From: Cyanophora paradoxa CCMP329
Taxonomy: Eukaryota; Plantae; Glaucophyta
NCBI GenBank assembly: GCA_004431415.1
Contig: QPMI01000062.1
Location: forward strand, 496,001 to 560,000
Direction: 5' to 3'
DNA: 64,000 nt
Made by a program: the position numbers and the translations under genes. Numbering within the stretch: the first letter of the stretch is position 1; the number at the start of each line of letters is the position of its first letter. This document shows positions 12,476-25,234 of the stretch, piece after piece. The notes below the pieces were generated by a model. The model ran no database searches. It saw only the letters and a list, made by a program, of their open reading frames with translations, and was not told the DNA's origin.

Positions 12476-15400
12476 TCAGCGCTCCCCGCCCACCGCGTGC
12501 CGCCAGTCGCGGCCTCCCGCGTCGTACGCGTCGTCGCCCAGCAGGTCGGCCCTCTCTGCGGCGCCCCGCGGCGGCCGGTCAGGCCCGGGGCGCGGCGGGG
12601 CGGGGGGCTGGGGCGGGGGCTGGGGCGGCGGACCGCGGCGCTTGCGGGCGCTGCTCGAGGGGAGGGCGGCCTCCTCGCTGCTGCCGCCGTCGCTCATCGC
12701 CCGCAGCTCCTCCCCCGACGAGTCCCCGGCCTCGAGCGCCGGCGCCCGCGCCGCGCGGGAGGGGCCGCGGGGCCGGCCGGGGCCGCGGCGGCGCGGGGCG
12801 GGTGGCTCGAACGTCGCGTCGGCCCCGTCGTCGTCCTCCTCCCCGTCCCCCAGGTCCTCGATCGCCTCCTCCCCCGACCCGCTGCTCCCCTCGCCCCGGC
12901 CCCGGCCTCCTCCCGCCCGCCCGCCCCGCCCGCGCCCGGCCCCGGGCCGCGGCCGCCCGGCGCCCCGCCCGCCCCGCCTCGGCCGCCCCGGGCCGGCCCG
13001 CGGCCGCGCCCGCTCCGCCGCGGCCTCGCCGCCCCGCGATGCGAACGTGGCGAGCACGTCTGAAGCCCCAAGTAAGGGACCGAGCCGAGCCGCCCGAGCG
13101 CGAGAAGGGGGCGCACCCTTGAGCTTGGGCTTGGGGACCATGCGCTGGAGGACGGCGTTGGAGCCCGTGAGGCGCTGGTTGGGGCGCTGCGAGACGGGGA
13201 TCGCCGCCTCCGCCTCGAGGAACTCGGCCAGCCGCTGCGCCGCCGCGCTGTACGCCACCCGCGCCTCCTCCTTGGTCGCCACGCCGCGCAGCATGCGGAG
13301 CATCTGGGGGTCCCGGTCCCCCACGTCCCACGTCGCCCCGGGCCCGAAGAGCTTCCGGTAGAACGACTCCCCGTGGTACTCCCGCACGCTGCACTGCAGG
13401 ATCGGCTCCGCCGCGCTCGGGCCCAGCGCCGCCAGCGCCATCCGGTCGGCGGCGCGGCGGGCGGCGAGGAGCGAGGGCATCGTGCGGGAGATGACGGCGT
13501 TGTAGTACCAGACGAAGGTCGCGATGTGCTTGTCGTGCGCCGTCACGCGCGTCCCCGAGGCCGGCCGCACGTGCAGCCGCGGCTTGCCCCGCCCCGCCTC
13601 CGACTCGCCGCCGCCGCCGCCGGCGCCGGCGCGGGCCCAGGGGGCGGCGCCGGTGTCGGGGACGGCGCTGAGGTCGCTGTGGGCGACGCGGCGGCGCTTG
13701 GAGGTGGAGCCCGGGCCCTCCTCCCCGCTGTTCGAGCCCGGCACGGGGCTCCCCGCCCCGCTCACGTTCCGCCGCCCCCGCCGCCCGCCCCCGTCCTCCC
13801 ACTCGCTCGACTCCCCGTCCTCGTCCCCCGCCGCCGGGGGGTACGCCTCCTCGACGTGCGCCGCCGCCGCCGCGGCCGGCTCCTCGGGCTCGCCCTCCTC
13901 GGCGGCCTCCTCGACCTCCTCGGCGCCGGCGGCCGCCGCGCCGTTCCCGCGGTTGGGGAAGACGCCGCGGTGGCGGGGGATGGCCCCCGCTCCCCAGAGG
14001 AAGCGCTTGAGCTCCCGCATCGCCTCCTCCGACTCGGCGTCCCCGGGGCGCGCCCCGCGGGCCACCTCCACCAGCAGCTCCCGCCGCCGCCGCCACCGCG
14101 CCGCGTCCCGCTCCGCGAGCTGCTTGAGCCAGCGCGCCCCCGCGAGCTCCTTGAGCTCGTCGGGCCGGTGGAGGAGCGGGGCGGCGGCGTCGGGCCCGTA
14201 GGCGGCGACCATGAGGACGTCGGCGCCGCGCTCGGCGGCCTCGCGGGTGGGGTAGACGGCCTGCGAGCTCGCCTCGAGGGGCTCGAAGACGACGCGGAAC
14301 TTGCGCCCGTTCGTCCCCGACTGCTCCACCCGCGGCCGCGGCAGCCGCCCCGACCCCGTCGCCTGCGACCGCGGCCGCTCCGCCCCGCGCCGGCCCCCGT
14401 TCGCCCCGCCGCCGCCGCCAGCGCCGCCGCCGCCGCCGCCGCCCTCGCTGGAGTCGGGGTCGCGCTCGAGGGAGCCGCCGCCGCCGCCCTCGCCGTCGTG
14501 CCCGCTCCCGTCGCGCTCGTCGTCGCCCCGGTCCACCTCCTCGCCCTCCTCCTCCTCCTCCGTCTCCTCCTCCTCGCCGGGGCCCCGGCGGGGGCCCCGG
14601 GCGGCGCGCGCCGCCGGCACGGAAGGCGGGGAGGGCGCCGCGCTCGACGAGGAAGCGGCGGACGGCGATGGCGGCGTCGCGCACGTCCTGCGCCCGGGGC
14701 CGCACGCCCCGCGCCCCCCGCAGCATCGCCGCCCGCTCCTCCGCCAGCGCCCCCGCCGGCCCCGCCAGCTCGGCGAACCACGCCGAGCCGGTGTGCTCGC
14801 GGAGCTCCTGGGGCCGGTAGAGCAGCGGCGCGGCGAGCTCGGGCCCGTACACGGCGAGCATGAGCACGTCGGCCCCGCGCTGCGCCCCCTCCAGCGACTC
14901 GTGCATCGACTGGAAGCGGTCGTGGAAGACCTGAGCGGGCCGCGCGGTCAGGCCAGGCCCGGGCAGCCTCGGAACGGCGGGAGGCGGGGTGGCTCGCCTC
15001 GAGGCGGGCGCGGAAGCGGCCGCTGGGGCGGCGCTCGAGCTTGGCGCGGGGCAGGGGCGCCGCGGGGCGCCGCTGGGGCGAGGAGCCGCGGCCCGAGGAG
15101 CGCTGGGGCGGCTCGGCCTCGCGGCTCGCCCCCGGGCCGGCGGCGAAGGCGCCGTGGAGGACGAGGTACTCGCGGAGGCGGCGGATCGACTCGCGGACCT
15201 CGGCGGTGCGCAGCTGCTCGCCGCAGGCCGCCCGCCGCAGGATGCCGCACGCGCGCCGCACCTCCGCCTCCTCCTCCAGCGACGTGTGCCACGAGCCCTC
15301 CTCGTACTCTGCGCGGCCCGTCAGATGTAGTACGAGGCGCCGGCGGGGCGAGGGGCGGACGGGGGATGCAGGAGGGGTAGAAGAGGAGCGGGGCGGCGGT

Positions 15401-18400
15401 CTGGCGGCCGTAGATGGCGAGGAGGGCACAGTCGGCGCCCTCGCGCGCGTCCCGCTCCAGCTCGAAGCGGCTCTGCAGCTTCTCCCGCTGGATCTCGATG
15501 CAGACCTGCCACTTGCCCCGCTGCAGCTCCACCCGCGCCCGCGGCAGCTCCTCCGGCCTCCGACCCCCGGCCCCCTCCCGCGCCGGCGCCTCTTCGGCCA
15601 GGCCCTCGGCCCCCGACGTGCCGCCCTCCTCCTCCTCCGAGCCCGAGCCGCGGGGCCGCTTGGGCGGGCGCGGGCCCTCCAGGCCCCCGGTGCGGTTCGA
15701 GGGCCGCGGGGCCGTGGGCGGCTGCTGGCCGACGCGGGGCCGGGGCACGGCGCCCTTGTCGGCGAGGAAGTGGCGGAAGATCTTGGCCTGCGGGGGGGCG
15801 TCAGCGCGGGCCGGGGGACGCCACGAGGAGCGAGGGGCGGGGGCGGGGGCGGACGGCGAGGTTGCGCTGGAGGATGGGGACGAGCTCGCCCTTGGCGTAG
15901 CGCACGAGCGTCTCCCGCTCCTTGCCCATCGCCTGCGGCGGCGCCCCGTGCAGCGCCTGGAACCACGGCGTCGCCCGGTACTCGGGCATCAGCTCCGGGT
16001 GGTAGAGGAGCGGCGTCGCGTCCTCGGGGCCGTAGACGGCGAGCATGAGGACGTCGCCGCCGCGCTGCGCCTCGTCCTCGGTCGCGTACATCGACTGCAT
16101 GCGGTCCTGGAACTCCTCGAGGCGGGCCCACCACTTGCCCTCCCCCCGCTTCTCCACCATCGCCCGCTTCACCCCCGCGCTCGACCCCGCGCTCGGGCGC
16201 GTCGCCCGCTGCCGCCAGGGGGCGCCCCGGTCGGAGCGCGCCCCGCCGGGCCCCCCGCCGAGGCCGCCGAGGCCGTCCAGGTCGCCGGCGAGCTCGGGTC
16301 CGCCTCCGCCTCCTCGATCAGCATCGCCTCCGCCGCCGCCGCCGCCGCCGCCTCGTCGGGGTCGCTGGCGGCGCTGCCGACGGAGGGGAGCGGGGCCGCT
16401 GGGCGCGGGGCCGGCCGGGCCCGCGGGCCGGCCGCGGCCGCCGCGCATGGAGAGGATGGCCCCGCGACCTCGTCCTCGAGGAAGTGGCCGCCGCCGCCCT
16501 CCGCCGCCGCCCCCGGCTCCTCCTTCACGGCGCCCCGCGCGAGCACCCGGGGTGCTCCCGCCGCAGCGTCCGCAGCAGCGCCTCCGCCAGCGCCGCGCTC
16601 TCCTGGCACTCTGCGCCGGCGCGTGAGGCCGCGGCGCGCGTGGCGGGGGCGGGCGGGCGGGCGGGGCGGACTGGAGACGAGGCGGTCGGCGACCTCGTCG
16701 CGCGAGCGCTTGGCGGGGCGGATGTCCACCGCCAGCACGCTCTCGTACAGGTCCTCCACCTGCGCCCGCGTCGGCAGCACGCGCTTGATCCTGCACGCCG
16801 CCGCCCAGGGTCAGCCGGGTGGGGGCGGGCGGGGGCGGGGCCGGCGGACCCCTCGACGAGCTCGCCGCAGGAGACGTCGGTGCCGAGGAAGGGCTCGCCG
16901 CGGGCCTCCGGGGTGAGCCACTCCTTGCCCTTGCCCTTGCGCCGCAGCGCCTCCGGCCCGCCGTCCCGCGTCGAGAGCTTCTTCACGATGCGGCTCTTCA
17001 CGTCGGGCAGCCGCCGCATGTACGTCGTCAGGTACGACTCGTCCACGATCTCGTCGTGCAGGATGGAGCCGTCGGCGTGCGGCTCGTGCTCGGGCGCCGG
17101 CGGCGGGTCCGTCTCGACGGCGCGCAGCCAGGCGAGGTCGGCGCGCGTCCACGCCGGGTCCTGCACCGCCTCCGCCAGCCGCTCGAGCGCCGCCGTGACG
17201 GACCGCAGCCGCTCCAGCGGCACGCGCGCCCGCACGACGACGTAGTGGTTGGGCTGGTGCCGCGGCGGCACGCCCCGGGCGCTCTCGCCGCTGACGAGGG
17301 CCTCGCGGGTGGAGTACCACTCGAAGGCGCGGTGGCACTGGACGCAGAGGTCGATCTGTCCCTCCTCCTCGGCCTCCTCCTCGGGCTCCCGCTCGGGGGC
17401 CTCCTGCGGGGCGGCGGCGGGGGCCGGCCCCTCGCCCCCGAGGGACTCGATGCGGGACTTGGTGGCCCGCAGGCCGGCGAAGGCCCACGCCCGCGAGCGC
17501 GCCGCCGCCGCCGCCGCCCGCCGCGGCCGCCCCGCCCGCGGCGCCTCGCTCTCCCCGCACTCCAGGCAGTGCACGTGCGTGTTGAAGAGCTCCGTCCGGC
17601 ACGCGTTGCACTCCAGCCGGTCCCCGCCGGCGTCGGGGCAGCGCCCCATGCCCATCATCCCCGGCGCCCGCCCGAGGCCGCCGGGGCCGCCGGCCGCGTC
17701 CGCCGCGCTGTTGAAGAGCGCCGAGAGGGCGCTCGCCGCCTCCCGCATCCGCTGCCGCCGGGAGTCAGAGAGGAACGTCAGCGGGCCCGGGGCGCGCGCT
17801 CTCTCACCCGGCTCTCGCAGGGGGAGGCGGCGGCGTCGCCGGGGGTGCCGGGGCGCGTCGGCGTGCCGGCGCCCTCGCGCTTGACGGGCGTTGGGGGCAC
17901 GGAGAGGGCGAGGGGCGGGGGCCCCAGGCCGGCCGCCTCCCAGTCCCGCACGATGACGGGGTTGTACTCCCCTGCGGCGGCCCGGGATCAGCGGCCCGCT
18001 ACCAGGCGGATCGGGGGGCGGGCGGGGGCGCACCCTCCTCGCCGAGGATGACGGCCATCGCGTCGGCGGCGAGGCGGGCCCAGCGGCGCAGCTGCCCGCG
18101 CTTCTCCTCGTCGCACGCGTCGGCGCAGCGCTTCGCGTGCTCGAGGACCGAGAGGGCGAAGTTGTAGCACATCTTCTTGACGGCGATGACGCTCTTCTCG
18201 CCCATCCCGAGGGCCCGGTCGATCTGGAGCTTGGAGAGGGCCTCCGGGATGCGCTCCACGGGGAGGAAGTCGGCGGCGACGGCCACGCTCTCCTCCAGGT
18301 TCAGCACCTGGTGCGGGCACCCGCCGGGGATGATCACTGCGCCCCGCGCGTCAGTGGACGGACGGGCGCTGGGCGGGGGCGGGGGCGGGGCGGGGCGTGC

Positions 18401-19789
18401 GCACGGGTCTCGCCGGGGCGGAGGAGGGCGACGCGGGGCAGAATGCCGCAGCGGGCGAAGACTTCCATGGGGACGAAGGTGGGCGGGAAGCGGTCGTAGA
18501 TCTCGTGCGCGAGCAGCGGCTCCTCGCGCATCGCCGCCGCCTTGTGCGCCGGCCAGATCATGAAGAGCTTCCGGCCCCGGATCGTCGTGTTCCACGCGTA
18601 CGTCCCTGCCCGCCTGCCTCAGCCGCGAGCGGCCGGTGGCGCCGAGGGCAGGGAGCGGGACGGGGAGCGGACCGCAGGCGTCGATGTGGAGGCCGGTGTG
18701 GGTGAGGCGGGGCCCCATGTAGGCGAGGCGGTGCACGGGGACGAAGACCTTGCCGAAGTAGCGGAAGAGGTTCTCCAGGCTCCGGTTGTCCATCACGCCC
18801 GGCACCTTGATCACCTGCTCCCCGATCTCCGGCAGGATGTTGTCCACCTGCCCCGTCCCGCTCGGCGCCGTGTGCGAGGCGCAGGCGGCGCTGCCAGGCG
18901 AGGCGGGCGGGCGCGCGCACGTCAAAGTCGGGCATGTAGAAGAGGTTCGGCTCCGCTTCCTCCCGCGCTTCCGACTTCCCCGCAGCGCTGCGCGTTCGGC
19001 GTTCGGCGGCTGGCCGGCGCGCATCGCACGCGCGGAAACGAGACGAGGCGTACCGCATGCGGCCGAAGAACTCGGCGGGGCTCTGGCGGTGCGTGGCGCG
19101 CGTGACGAGGTTGCGTACGATGAGCTCGCGCACGCCCTTCGCCTCGAGCTGCGACTGCAGCGAGTCGTTGCTCCATTTAGATACGTCGGGAATCTTTATC
19201 GCGTTGCTGAAGATGACGGGCTCGTTCCGCTCGACGCTCTGCCGCGGGTATCGGGATCGGCGAGCCAAAACGGCGCGGAGCTGCGACACGCACGAGTTTC
19301 AAGAACTTCTCGTCTGAATAGTCTCCGACACGCGGGATCCGCTGCAGGACGAACGGCAACCTCCGCCGACTGCGGTGCTCACGGCCCTCAAGCTGAATCT
19401 TCTGCGAGGGCGGACGAGGAGCGGAATCACGCGTCGGATTATAGCTGGGCCGGCATAGTGCATGTATTCAAATGTCCGCTCACCAAAAGTTCCCTCATCC
19501 TTTCGTCGGGCAGCTCCCGAAGTCCCGCGTAGAAGTCGAAGAGCGAATCCTCGGCTGCCCAGTAGTCTCGCATGTCATCGACGGCTTCGTCTTTCACAAC
19601 AGCCGGCGTGGCAAGGTCAAACACGGTCGGCAGCACGCGTCCCCACTGCCGGCCGTCATGCCTCAAACTGCGCAGGGGAAGCGCGGAGCTGCTGCAGCTG
19701 GCTTCCCCGCGGCCCGCCATCGTTTCCGGCATGCCATCGCCATCGCTGTAATCGTCGCGACGCCCAGCTTCGGAGACCTCGCACGCCAT
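12476..19789 (-). CDS. JmjC-domain 2-oxoglutarate/Fe(II) oxygenase (putative histone demethylase) with Zn-finger and five AP2-like repeats
   Basis: YMGPRLTHTGLHIDAC (HxD, about 18680-18725), WNTTIRGRKLFMIWP, and IIPGGCPHQVLNLEESVAVAADF (distal His). Cys cluster ECNACRTELFNTHVHCLEC...DLCVQC (about 17335-17615). Five C-terminal repeats of the form GKW/GRF.ARLE...Y.T.E.A.R.ADVLMLAVYG. The start codon is uncertain and may lie upstream, towards 20050. Confidence 0.8.
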
Positions 19790-20640
19790 TGCGGCAGCCC
19801 GCGGCCGTGTCGGTGTAGGAGAGGACGGCCGGTCTGTACATCGCGAGCAAACGTGCGATTCAGTGCCGTGAAAGACTTTCTGCACAACGTCCGCCCATGG
19901 GCAACGAACCTCGCGCGGCCATCGCCGCCCGGGGCGACGATGTCCCGCCACGTCCGCCGGTACTTTCTTCCATTGCGACGGGTCTACGTCGCCCGTCGCC
20001 AACGCGCGAGGTGTGCTCGAAAATCGATGCGGCAAGCTATGCAAAGCTGCTTCCTGTACCCGGGTGCCGAAGAAGCTTGCGCGAGTGTTTCCTACACCAA
20101 GCCATCTTCCGGTGATGCGGTTACACCAGCGCTACACGAAAACTGCTAGAGAACTCGCACGAACGCCGCGCACCGGCTGAGCGGTCCTCGGCTTCCGAGT
20201 TCCAAGAGTGCGACTGCGACGGCGGGGACGCGCATCGCGATGCCTTCCTCAGACTATAAAAGCACACTTTAGCTCTCCTTGGAGCCCACGCCTCGCGCGC
20301 TATCGAGAACGATCGATCCATCGAGCAGTAGTCAATTTGCAAGATCTAGATCCGGCCCAGCTCGTCTCCAGCCCGAGTCCAAGGTGGGCGGCCAGCCGGT
20401 ATCCAGGGTGGCCGGTCCGGGCCTCGAGCACTCGTGACTGTCTGACTGCACAGAGACTAGTACTGCGAATGCAATGTTGAGCCTAGACCAGCATGCGCAG
20501 CTGCAATTGTCCCGCGCGCCCCGCCCAAGCCCTCGATCTGAAATCAGAGTGCTGTTGAAACTTGAAACCAAATTGACCTACAGCTAAACGGGGCGGACAG
20601 CCCCGGCGCAAAAAAGAAGCCGCAGAGCGCGCGGCTGTGG

Positions 20641-22327
20641 CTAGGAGGCGTGCGGGGCGGGGCGGGGCGGGGCGGCGAGGGCGAGGGCGGCGATGGCCTG
20701 GCCGCGCTCGCGGTCTCGGGCCTCGAGGAAGCGGCGCACGCGGGCCCGGCGCTCCTCCAGGATCGCCTCGCAGCGGCCCTCCAGCTCCGCCTCGGGCACC
20801 CCCGCCCCGGCCCCGGCCTCGGACGAGGCGGAGGAGGATGCCGCCGAGCGCCGCGGCGAGGCGGAGGGCGACGAGGACGAGGAGGGCGTCTCCAGCTCCG
20901 GCACGGGGGCCGGCGTCCCCGCCCGCCTCGCCTCCGCCTCCCCCTCCTCCGACCCGCTCGCCGCCCACCCGTCCCCGTCCTTGCCCCCGCACCCGCCCAC
21001 CAATCGCCTTCGCAGCCCGCCGGACTTCTCCTCCACCACCGCCGCCGCCGCCGCCGCTGCCGCCGCCGCTGCCGCTGTTGCTGCTGCAGCCGCCGTCGAC
21101 GCCGTCGCCGCCGCCCGCCCCTCGGCCTCCGCCGCCGCGAGCGCCATGGCCGAATCGCGCTCGCGCTGACTCCTCGCCCGCAGGTACGCCGCCTGCTCGC
21201 GCTGCGGGAGCGTCAGGCGGGCGGGGCGGCGGGGGCGGGGCGGGGGCGGGCCTTGAGGGCGCCGACGTGGCGCCAGTAGAAGAGGATGGAGTAGAGCATG
21301 TGCCAGGCGGTGAGGTCGGGCCACATGACCTCGAGGAAGAGCAGCAGGGCGAGCGACGTCTGCCACACGAGGAAGTCCGAGAGGCGCGTCTCGCCCGAGG
21401 TCCGCACGAGCAGCTCCGGCCGCGGCAGGTCCTCCGTGTACAGGCACCGCTCCACCAGCTCCTCCGTCACGTCCCTGCGCCGCCCGCTCGGGCCCGACCG
21501 GCGCGCGGCGGTTGCGGCGGCGGCTCGCGCGCACTCGGGCTGCAGGAGGCCCCGCGCGACGCCGTCCACGCAGGTCGCCGCGGCCCGCGACATCTCCTCC
21601 TGCGACGTGTACGCGAACGCGATGTTCAGCACCGCCCTGCGCCGCTCGCCCCCGTCAGCTAGCGGGAGGCCGGCCGCGCGGTCAGAGGCCCTGACCGGGT
21701 GTTGTCGCGGGACATGTGCTGCGCGTGGGCTATCTTCTGCTGCAGATCCGGCCGGAGCATGCTCCAGTCGCCCAGCACGCGGACGCTCACGCCGTACCGG
21801 TGCACGATGCCCCTGCCAACACGTCAGCGGACGCGGCACACGAAGCCCGCGCGGCGCACTCTTCGGAGATGATGCGGGAGAACTTCTCGGCAGCGAGGTC
21901 CATCAGGGCGTTGACTTCTTCCGGCGAGCGCTTGAAGTTCTCGATGCTGAAGGCGTAGACAGTCACGACGCGGACTCCGAGCTCCAGGCACCACTGGAGC
22001 GCCTGCGCGGCGGGCAGCGCATGCGGTTCAGGTGCCGCGGAAGCGATGAAGGCAGGTGCGGGGCGAGGCCAGCCGCGCGCGAAGGCGGAGGGTGACTAGA
22101 TAGTTGGCGCGCACCTCCTCCAGCTTGCGGTAGCCATGGATGTGACCGACGCTTCGGTCTAGGTTGCGCATCCTCGCCCAGCGGCGGTTCCCGTCCATGA
22201 TGAACGCGACATGCTCTGGAACTGGTCCGCGGCGGAGGAGCCCGAACACTGCGCGCCAGAAGATGGGCAGCCGCGGCGCCTGTCTCCTCTCGCTAGGCTC
22301 CCGCTTCGCGAGGGCTTGCTCCTCCAT
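20641..22327 (-). CDS. DHDDS: cis-prenyltransferase / dehydrodolichyl diphosphate synthase catalytic subunit
   Basis: [71 protein letters not shown] and WPDLT. The C-terminal [11 protein letters not shown] helix resembles that of DHDDS. Confidence 0.93.
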
Positions 22328-22358
22328 TCCGGCGGCAGTGTACCCTCGCAGGAAAAAA
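22328..22358. promoter_or_regulatory. 31-bp spacer between the divergent start codons of DHDDS and the GCKR-like gene
   Basis: ATGs at 22327 (-) and 22359 (+). Contains GTACCC at 22340-22345. Confidence 0.5.
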
Positions 22359-24718
22359 ATGGCCGCCGCCTGGCCGCCGCCGCAGCCGATCACCGAGATG
22401 AGCAGCTCGCTCACATCAGACCTCGACCTGGAGACGCCGGCCGGCATGGTTCGGCGCCTCGCGCAGTGCGACGAAGAAGTGTACGCGGGCTGGGAAGGCC
22501 AGCCTGGCTGCTTAGCGCCCGAGACCGTGCACGTCGTCGACCGCATCGCCGCGCACGCCGAATCCGTCCTCCGGCACCCCGGCCCGCACGCGAGTCAGCG
22601 CTGCTGCAGCGCTGCGCGCCTGTCCCCAGCTAAACGCCTTCCGCTGGCTGCGCCCCGCAGTCGTGATGAGCGGCGCCGGGACGAGCGGGCGGCTGGCGCT
22701 CTTCCTCGCGCGCTCCTTCAACCGCGTCCTGCGGGCCGCGGGCCGCCCGCCGGCCTTCCACTTCCTCATGGCCGGCGGCGACAAGGCGTTCTTCAAGGCC
22801 CAGGCGAGCGTGACGCACGCTCCGGCCCACCTGGGCCCTCAGAACTCGTGCAGGAGTCGGCGGAGGACAACCCGACGCAGGCGGTGGAGGACCTGCGCGC
22901 GCGGCTACGGGAGGCCGGCTGCGACGGCGAGGCGGCGCGCGTGCTCTACGTCGGCATCAGCTGCGGCATGTCCGCCACGTACGTCGCCGGCCAGCTCGAC
23001 TACCTCATGCACCGCGTCCGCCCCGCCGCGCCGCGCCCCGCCGCGCCCGCGCCGACGTCGGGGCGGCAGGAGAACTGCGGGAGCGTGCTGCTGGGGTTCA
23101 ACCCGGTGGAGCTGGCGCGGAAGGTGCGCGTGGCGGCGTGGGAGCGCACCTTCCACGACGTCGCCGCCGAGCAGGAGCGCCTCTCCCGCGACCCCGCCCA
23201 CGCCTCCCGCCGGCGCGCCCCTGCCCGCCCCGCGCGCCGCCTTGCGCGCGCTCCCTCTGACGGCGCGCAGGTTCGTGCTGGCGCCGATCGTGGGCCCCGA
23301 GCCAGTGGCCGGCTCGACGCGCATGAAGGGCGGCACGGCGACCCTCGTCATCCTCGCCGCCGCCTGGGCCGCCGCCCTGCGGCCCCTCCTCGGCGGCGCC
23401 GGGCCGCCCTCCTCGGCGCCCCTGCTGCGCTCCTTCGCCGCCGTGAAGCGGGCCGCCTACGCGGACGTCGAGGCGCTGGGGCGGTTGGTGGCGGCGGCGG
23501 GGGCGGCGCTGCGGGCCCCCGGGGGCCGCCTGTGCACGGCGGGGCCCGACGTGCTGGGCCTGCTGGCGCTGGTGGACGCCTCGGAGTGCCCGCCCACGTA
23601 CGGCGCCGCCTTCGAGGACGTCCAGGGCTTCCTCCCCGGCGGCCTCGCCGCCGCCGGCGACCTCGCCTCCGCCCCGCCCCTCACCCCCCGCGACGCCCTC
23701 CTCCTCCTCGCCCCCGCCCCCTCCTTCGTGCGTGCCGCCTGCGCCCACGCCCGCCCTCCGCCGGGGCCGAGCCCCGCGCAGGAGGAGGGCGCGGCGGCGG
23801 AGGAGGCGATGCAGGGCGGGCCCCTAGCGAAGTACGCCGAGCGCAGCGCCGCGTCGGGCGCCCCCGTCTGCGCCGTCGCCATCGACTTCGGAGGTGCGTG
23901 CCCGGCCGCCTTCGGGAGGCGGCTCGCGCCCCCCTGTGACGCCGGCCCCGCAGCGGAGCGGGCGCCGGTGCCGGCGCAGGCCGCCCCGGAGCTGGTGGCG
24001 CGCATCTGCCTGCCCCGGGACGGCGAGGAGGACGAGGGAAGCCCCGCGCCGCTGCGCGCCGAGATGCGGCGCCTGCGGAGCGCCCTCGCCGCCAAGTACG
24101 CGCTCAACGCCGTCAGCACCGGCGCCCACGTGCTCAAGGCGCGGCGCCCATCTGCTCTTCCCCCCGCCGCCTCTGATCCCCCCCTCAGGGCAAGGTGTAC
24201 ATGAACTTCATGGTCGACCTGAAGGCGCGCCCCGCGACGCAGCGCCCCCTCCTGCCGGCGCCCGCCCGTCACCGCCCGCCGGCGCCGCAGGTGTCGAACA
24301 ACAAGCTCTTCCACCGGGCGGCCGGCCTGGTGCGGCGCTTCTTCCCCGGCGTGGGGCCCCGGGAGGCGGTGGCGCACCTCGTGACGGCGATCTACCTCGA
24401 CGAGGGGCGCCCGCCGGCGAGCCCCGAGGCCGACGGCGACCCCGACGCCGCGACCGTCGCCGCCCACATCGCCGTCGCCGTCACCAAGCCCCAGGCGCGC
24501 CCCGCCCGCCCCGTCGCCACCCGCAGCCGCGCCCGCGCGCGAGCGGGGCGGCCTCCCGCAGGTGGTGCCCCTCGCCCTGGTGCTCGCGTCGGGGCCGCCT
24601 CGGGCCCGCCGCCGCCGCCGCCCTCCGCGCCGAGCCCGTCGTGCGCACCCTCCTTCGCAGCCTCTCCGCCCCGGGCCTGGCCCAAGTCAGCCCCGCTCTC
24701 CCGCCCCCGGGCCGCTGA
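22359..24718 (+). CDS. GCKR: Glucokinase regulatory protein-like / duplicated MurQ-like double-SIS protein
   Basis: PITE, VMSGAGTSGRLA, MAGGDKAF..AQ|ESAED, VGISCGMSATYVAGQLD, LLGFNPVELAR, VGPEPVAGSTRMKGGTAT, LVDASECPPTYG, and KYALNAVSTGAHVLK|GKVYMNFMVDLK|VSNNKLFHRA, colinear with GCKR. One apparent frameshift near 24591. Confidence 0.88.
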
Positions 24719-24888
24719 CTTCGCACGCCCTTGAGAGTAGGGCGAGAATAGCACGCGTTCAGTGCATTCGGAAAGGAGAAGCATGGGACACGCATGGGAG
24801 ATAACAGGAAAGAAGCTCGAGCATCGGAAGAATGACAGAAAGAGGGGCGGGGGGGGCGGGGAAGGGGCCCGGCCGAGGAGCGCTAGAG

Positions 24889-25203
24889 CTAGCGGCGGCT
24901 GGGGTCCTGGCCCTGGAGCCGCTGCTGCTGCTGGCTGATGAGGTGCTGGAGGTGCGAGAAGATCTGGTTCGCCGCCTGCGCCGTCGACTGCGCGGGCGGC
25001 GCCGCCGCCGGCGCCCCCAGCGCGGCGTTCCAGGGGGCCGCCCCGAAGGGCCCCGCGGGGGGCGCCAGGCCCGGGCCGCCCTGCTGGACCTGCCCGTAGG
25101 CCGCGGCGTAGAAGCCCTGCTGCTGCTGCTGCTGCACGAAGCCCTGCTGCGGCCCGCCGAAGCCGCTCTGCTGCTGGTAGAACCCCGCCGCCGCTGCCCC
25201 GTA

Positions 25204-25234
<31 letters not shown>

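Noticed and set aside
24591-24594. Programmed frameshift or pseudogenisation at the GCKR-like C-terminus
   Set aside because: It falls at a G-run in very GC-rich sequence and is most simply an assembly indel.
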